Source: the human T2T-CHM13v2.0 reference genome, Homo sapiens
DNA length: 64,000 nt
Assembly: GCF_009914755.1 (NCBI RefSeq)
Contig: NC_060930.1
Reading direction: 5' to 3' (one strand)
Both the position numbers and the translations under genes were made by a program. The first letter of the stretch is position 1; each line of letters opens with the position of its first letter. Positions 48,431-64,000 of this stretch are shown here, piece by piece. Under the pieces are notes generated by a model. That model ran no database searches. It was not told where the DNA came from and saw only the letters and a program-made list of their open reading frames with translations.

Positions 48431-49653
48431 AAAGAAAAATACTCATTTATGGATTCTGTCTTTGGTGATATACATGGAATATCCTTCTTTGTTTACTCCA
48501 GAATTAAATAAATATTTACTATTTTCTCCTATATTCTTTTTGGTCCTTTTAAAAATATTTAATACACCTAAAATTCACTTATTATGTGGTTGACTAATGG
48601 AACACCATTTGGTGAAAAATCACACCTTTCCTCTCTAATTTAAAAACATCTCCTTTACCACCAGGAACTAGTGCTATCAGTTCCATTGCTTTACCATATG
48701 ATTTAATGACTGGAAAGAAAAATCTCCTCATTACTCTTGTTTTTCAAATTTTTCTTGCTCATAACTTGCATGTCTGATTTGCCAAACTATTTTTTTCTGT
48801 GCTCGGTAATATTCAGTGACTTAATAGAGGTGGGGATTTTACAAATTAATTTCAAAGTAATTCTGCCTAACTTTCATTGGGATTTTGGTTAGAACAACAT
48901 TAAAACTTTGAAATTAATGTGGAAACAAGTAACGTCTCTCCATTTCTTCATGTTTATTTTAATATTTAAATATATTTTCTTCATAAAGACCATCTACATT
49001 TATTAGTAAAAATTCCTTGGTGTTTTGTACTTCTGTTATAGAAGAGAGAGGTAGTTTCAAGTGTGAACATGCAACTCAGATTGCTTAGGATATAATCCAC
49101 ACTCTAGCCCTTACTGGCTGTGTGAGTGACCCTTCAGCAGTCTTAACTTTTCCAAGTCTCAGTTTAAGGGCATAACAATACTATCTACCTAATATAATTG
49201 CTATGAAAAGAAAATGAGACAATGTGTGTGACATGGTTTACACAAAGACTAGCAGGGAGGAAATGTTCAATATGTGATAGCCAATATTGTTAAGATTAAT
49301 GGGACTATTTTCTGATTATATTTTCTAACTAATTATTGCTTGTTTCCAGGAAAGTTGCTGATGTTTTCTTTTTTATCTTACGTTCTCAATATATCCCCAA
49401 ATTTTCTTACTACTAGTTTTTCCGTTAATTATCTAAATAAGGAAAAACATTAGCTACTTAAAATCAAACAAGACACAAAAAAATTTGATGAAAAAAAGTT
49501 TTAAAATATTACCAAAAAATTAAAATGAGATGAATAGGAAATATTTTCAAACAGTAGATATATGAATTTACATCATCTAGCCCTAAGAAGAGAAAGAACT
49601 ACTCAATAAACTGTGCTGAAACAAATGGTTGGTTATGTAGAAAACATTTAATT

Positions 49654-50630
<977 letters not shown>

Positions 50631-51396
50631 AATTTTTCATTAAAAAAAAATTAAATTTAAAACCAAACCTTAAAAATTCTAGAAGACCACTCCTAGCAGC
50701 ATTGTTTATAAAAGCAAAACAACAACAACAACAAACCTGAAAATAACTCAAAAGTCATTTTCAGTAACTGCCATTTTATGAAAATTTACTTATTAAATTT
50801 GTTATTGCCTGCCCTCCTTCCCTCAGCCTCCAGCCCACACTAGAATATGAGCTCTGTAAGAGCAGGATGTTTTTTTCTATTTTGTTCACTGATGTGTTCC
50901 ACGAGCTGGTGCCTGGTATAGATAGAGTAGCAATCAATAAAAATCTGATGAAGGAATTGTGCATCAACAAGAGTATAAACTGTGGTGTATTTGTATAATG
51001 GAATACTATATAGAAGCAAAAATGAACTACAATTACATCACCATACATTGCTCTCAGAAATCCTGAATAAAAAAGAATGAAGTTTCAGAATAATATAGTA
51101 TAAAATGTAAAATTATAAAATGTAGAAGTATAAAAAATAAATATGTAGTGTTTAGGATAGACTTTCCCAACAGGACACCTGAAGAGAGGAAATCAGGGCT
51201 TTATCTAGAAAAATGTAAAAATTATGAAAATACATTTATTACATAATTCACAAGTCAATCTCTCATTTTAATAAACACTACTTGGTCATTATTTAAAACA
51301 GAAAAAACTTTCATATCAACTTATTTGCAAACAAGAAAACAGAAACCTAACTGCAAAATAAAATATTCAACAGTGGCAAAGTAAAGCCAAACATAC

Positions 51397-51485
51397 CTAT
51401 AAGTTCAGGTGGATTTCTTTCATTAAACCGCTCACACAGACGAATAAAGGTCTCAGTATTCTCAGTGGTAGGGCACTCACCATGT
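51397..51485 (-). CDS. RNGTT: RNGTT exon 4 (89 bp): [29 protein letters not shown](G)
   Basis: actag|ACATGGT...CTTATAG|gtatgt; peptide visible in track ORF 51347..51547; 90-bp intron 3 (51486-51575). Confidence 0.97.
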
Positions 51486-51575
51486 CTAGTAATATAGAAA
51501 AAGTTTTTTTGAAAAAAGAGATTACAAATTGTGATGAAAGGTTTCAATATTAAAGAATCTTAATATATAACTTAC

Positions 51576-51679
51576 CCTTTACACTGAAGTTTTATATATT
51601 TGATTCCTTCTTTTTCTATGTCATTTCGGTCATAGAACCTTGAAGTATTTGTCAGGTCCACCAACAAGCCCATTTTAAC
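51576..51679 (-). CDS. RNGTT: RNGTT exon 3 (104 bp): [34 protein letters not shown](G)
   Basis: poly-T tag|GTTAAAATG...TGTAAAGG|gtaagt; in frame with exon 2. Confidence 0.97.
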
Positions 51680-52199
51680 CTAAAAAAAAAAAAAAATGAA
51701 AGGGCAAATTTACTAGTAACTTAATTTGTTCCCAAATAAGTAGACTAAATGGCAATACTACAGTTCATTCATTTACATTGAGGGAGATTCTGTATGTACT
51801 TTGCCCCTGAACAATTGATAATAAAAGTATCACTTATCAAAGTCTTATTCAAGACACTAAAACTAAGCAGGCACTTGATAAAATAAATTAACTCCCAAAC
51901 TAAGGAAAGAACAGGAATATAAGCAAAACAAATTCTACTGCCAACATCACAAAAGTCTATGCAAAAGAGAAAATGCTAGAGTTTTCTCTAGTGTTTGCTG
52001 CATATACCTCTGCACCTGTGATTTATTAGACAAGAGGCTAGAGCAGGAATGGCATCTATCTGAAGTATACCACAACTCAAGCTCTCGGCACAAATCACCC
52101 ACCCCAGCCTTCCAAGCAGCCACCACCAATAATTCTGTTAATATCTATTGACTACACCATTTTATATCCCAGGCTTAAAAGATGAGACAATCCATTTAT

Positions 52200-52668
52200 A
52201 TCATATATATGATGTGTATATATATATACATACATATACACACATATACATATACACACATATACATATGTATACATATGCATATATACATACACACATA
52301 TATACATATGTATACATATGCATATATACACGTATATACATATGTATACATATGCATATACACACGTATATACATATGTATACATGCATATGTGCATATA
52401 CATGTATACATATATACATATGCATATGTATACACATATATGCATATATATGCATATATACATATACATGTATATGCATATGTATACATATACATATATA
52501 CATATACGTATATACATATACGTGTATACATATATACACGTATACATACATATACATATACGTACATACATATATACATATACATATATGTATATACATA
52601 TATACATAAACATATATACATATATACATATAAAACATGTATCTTATTATATATATTTTATATATATG
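52200..52668. repeat. Long imperfect (TA/CA/TG)n alternating purine-pyrimidine microsatellite, ~470 bp
   Basis: Direct reading; explains the six overlapping Y/I/H/C-rich spurious ORFs. Confidence 0.97.
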
Positions 52669-53369
52669 TCCCTTTCTTTGTTATTAACAACTCTTCTATT
52701 TTCTGAAAATATACTGAAGCCTCAAGTTACATTTTTTGAAAAGAAACAAGGTTAAAAATAGAGACAATCTTATTAAGAAGATGGTAGTACGGGAAATTTG
52801 GCCAGACACAGTGGCTCACGCCTGTAATCTTGGCACTTTGGGAGGCCACGGCAAGAGGATCGCTTGAAAAACCATGTGTTTGGGGGGAAAAAGATTAAAA
52901 AATTAAATAAATTTTCCTCTCCTATTCTTTCAGTATCATATAAAAACAAGGTAAATTGTTTAAAAAAAAGTTTCATTTTCTGTAAAACGAACGCATATAA
53001 AATCCACACATTCATAAAAAATGTCTAAGTTCTGCCAAAAAATTAAGAACACTACAGAAGCTATATGGAAAGGAAGAAAAGAGAAGCAGACCCAGGAGCA
53101 GCAGATTTTAGGAAAATGCCAATAAAAATACATTTCCGGTAAGAAAGAGCTCACCATAAAGTGGCAGACCTATCTCTCATCTACCCAAGAGCTAAGGAGT
53201 CTGGAGAAGATGGGGCAGATTACAGGGAAGCAGAAGCAATACAAGGGGGAAAATGCAATGAAGACACACAAAAGCAGTAAAAATGACCCCATGCTGGTAA
53301 ATTTCAGAAAATGTCAGCACACATTTTCCAGTTCCATAAAGAAACCATCCAAGTAAAGTAGTAAGAAGA

Positions 53370-53570
53370 TTCCCTAAACTGAAATGCTTGGGACTTGAAG
53401 TGTTCAAGATTTCAGATTTTTCAATATTTGCATTATACTTACAGGTTGAGCAATCCTAATATGAAAATCCAAAACCTGTAATGTTCCAATAAGCATTTCC
53501 TTTGGGCATCATGTAGGTGCTAAAAAAGATTCAGATTTTATATTTTTGGATGAGGGATGCTCAACCTGTA
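53370..53570. mobile_element. Tigger4a/MER46-type DNA transposon
   Basis: gaaatgcttggga...caggttgagcaatcctaat...gggatgctcaacctgta. Confidence 0.8.
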
Positions 53571-54140
53571 CATACTTTAATGGAATACTATAAAGCTGTA
53601 AAAAAAAAAAAAAAAAAAAAAGAACAAGAAGTTCTATGTGCTAATATATGAAGATCTTCAGAGTATACTATTAAGCTGGAAATGCAAGTTTCAGACCAGC
53701 ATATATAATGTGCTACCTTGAGTGTGCAGGGGAGAACACAGCAATCTGTATTTTTAGTTGCTTACATACACATAAAGAAATTCTGAAAGGATGTATTAAA
53801 AAATCTAAAAACAGTGGAACCTGTGTGGTATGTGGTGAGGGACTAGGCAGATAGAGAGCAAAAGTGAGAGGGAGACTTCATGATACCAACCTTTTTTTGT
53901 GGATTTTTGAAGTAAGTGAACGTATTGTCTATTTCTAAAATGACAAAAATCACTATGATTTTTAGGTACCATGTGATGCCTAAGAATCACACCTTGGGCA
54001 GTTAAATTCTAACACATAGGGTAAAAAAGTATGTACAGTCAAAATTCTCTCATAAATTCCTTAAGTAACCAATGAAGAACAGTATACATGGCCATATGCA
54101 TATTACTGGAGGCTTAATCCCATCTCAATAAGTCAACCAT

Positions 54141-55086
54141 TGTTGCGGGAAGTCAGGGACCCCTAACAGAGGGACCGGCTGAAGCCATGGCAGAAGAATA
54201 TAAATTGTAAAATTCCTATGCCTGTCTTTACTTTAATCTCTTAATCCCATCATCTTCGTAAGCTGAGGATGTATGTGGCCTCAGGACCCTGTGATGATTG
54301 TGTTAACTGCACAGATTTTTCATGAAGCATGTGTGTTTGAACAGCGTGAGATCTGGGCACCTTGAAAAAAAGAACAGGATAACAGCAATGTTCAGGGAAC
54401 AAGGGAGATGACCATTGGGTCTAACTGCCTGGGAGCCAGGCAGGACAGAGCCATATTTCCCTTATTGCCAAAAACAGGTAAGAGAAATATCACTGAATTC
54501 TCTCCCCAGTAAGGAATATTAATAATTAACAGCCCTGGGAAAAGAATGTATTCCCAGGAGTAGGCCTCTAAAATGGCCGCTCTAGGAGGGTCTGCAGTTG
54601 CAGATAAGGGATGAAACACACCCTAGTCTCCTGCACACCCCCAGGCTTGCTAGGATTAGGAAATTCCAGCCTGGCAAATTCTAGTCAGACCGGTTCTCTG
54701 CTCTTGAACCCTGTTAAGATGTTTATCGGTGACAACGTGTGCACAGTGGGACAGGGAACTTCCTTAGTAATTCTAGTTTCGCCCTGACCTTGTGATCTCA
54801 CCCTGACCTTCTGCCTTGTGATCTTTTATTGCCCTATGAAGCATGTGATCCCTGTGACCCACACCCTATTCGTACACTCCCTCCCCTTTGAAAATCGCTA
54901 ATAAAAACTTGCTGGTTTTGCGGCTCAGGGGGCATCACGGAACCTGCTGACATGTGTCTCCCCTGGACACCCAGCTTTAAAATTTCTCTCTTTTGTACTC
55001 TTTCCCTTTATTTCTCAGACCGGCCGACATTTAGGGAAAATAGAAAAGAACCTACGTTGAAATATTGGGGGCTGGTTCCCCCAACA
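54141..55086 (+). mobile_element. MER11 solo LTR (ERVK/HML-8 family)
   Basis: tgttgcgggaagtcagggaccc start and gaaatattgggggctggttccccc end match the MER11 consensus; AATAAA at ~54900. Confidence 0.88.
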
Positions 55087-55539
55087 GATTATAGCCAATT
55101 TTTCTTTCTGGATTGGAACAAAAACCATTATTACTTCTGTTGAGCTGAAGAAGTTGATTTGCATTCAGGGCCCTTCAGTATGAAAAATCTTTAAAACCTA
55201 GAATCACAATCAGCCAGCAAGATAGTCTCACTTAGAAACGCACACCTAAACTGAGGCTAAAAAAAAGTAATAGTAAATTCATACATCTTCCACCTCATTC
55301 TGAAGCATATACTCTAATATAAAAAAGAAGACAATTTATACCACATAGGTTGATGGTTGTTTCAATCCCCAAATTTTCCTGCCTGGTATTCATCTTTATT
55401 TTCTCTCCTATCAGCACCCCAACTTTCCTCCAAAAGCCACCCTTTCTCCACTTTAATCCTTGAGTTTCTACTCCCTCCCTCTTTCCCCCTTGGGTCCCCA
55501 CAGGAAAAAAAAAGGCAAGAGAAACAATCTGCACTTTCT

Positions 55540-63020
<7,481 letters not shown>

Positions 63021-63481
63021 ATTCTCTTAAATGGAAAAACTACACATTTTTGTTTTTCTACTCTGGCGAGTACAGGGACGGGGTGAGGAGAGAGTTTGAC
63101 CATAAAGAGGTAGCATGAGGGAATTCCTCTGTGGAGATGCAGCAGTTCTATAATCACTACCATGAATTTACACATGAGATCAAACTGTACTGAACTACAC
63201 ACACACACAAATGCATATCAAAAGTAAATAAGATCTGCAATCAGTTAACAGTACTGTATCAATGTCAATTTCCTGCTTGTGATATTGTACTACAATTATA
63301 TAAAATGACACCATTGTGAGAAGCTGGGAGAAGGGTTCACAGAATTCTATGTACAATTACTGCAACTTCCCTTGAGTCTATTAATTATTTTAAAATAATA
63401 AGATTTTTTTAAAAGCCACCTGAAGAACAAGACTGAACAAAGTATATTAAATCAGTGACAAAAATAAATTTTGTTTCTTAC

Positions 63482-63591
63482 CTTTAGGCTCTTTAGGTAA
63501 TTTGAGAGCATGCTGGGATGGAACCGATTTTCTTCAGCAACTTGACTATCATATCTTGGTCCTAACATTGTCTTCAGAGGTAAGAATCTTC
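63482..63591 (-). CDS. RNGTT: RNGTT exon 2 (110 bp): (G)[36 protein letters not shown], triphosphatase domain
   Basis: Minus strand tttag|GAAGATTC...CCTAAAG|gtaag; translation matches the remembered N-terminus of human mRNA capping enzyme; ends in phase 0. Exon 1 lies beyond the right edge of the window. Confidence 0.97.
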
Positions 63592-63687
63592 CTAAACAAC
63601 ACAGATAGGTAATCATTTCCATAAAAGGAAATGTTTCAGATTAAAATTCTATAATTAACAATTCTCAAATATCACCTTCTTAAAACC

Positions 63688-63991
<304 letters not shown>

Positions 63992-64000
63992 TAAATGGAA

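Noticed and set aside
52148-52755. Six overlapping 140-175 aa ORFs rich in Y/I/H/C/M
   Set aside because: Artefact of a stop-poor TA/CA microsatellite in all frames.

Overview
Human (or near-identical great-ape) genomic DNA from inside RNGTT, the bifunctional mRNA capping enzyme (RNA 5'-triphosphatase/guanylyltransferase), transcribed on the minus strand. Seven coding exons (exons 2-8, codons ~22-299) can be spliced by hand with GT-AG boundaries and continuous frame. They include the triphosphatase P-loop HCTHGFNRT (exon 5) and guanylyltransferase motif I KADG (exon 8). The rest is intron dense with Alu, L1, LTR, DNA-transposon and simple repeats, and almost all ORFs in the supplied track are repeat-derived noise. 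I found no evidence of a novel multi-gene system. The most notable non-checklist structures are: two TSD-flanked 3'UTR retrocopies in the gene's sense orientation carrying poly(A) signals (one in intron 6, at the triphosphatase/guanylyltransferase domain boundary); a ~300-bp, ~96% identical inverted duplication flanking 1.44 kb; a retroposed 5' tRNA-Asp fragment; and a 30-bp templated insertion copied from 2.1 kb away. Repeat family names are from memory of consensus sequences and repeat boundaries are approximate.
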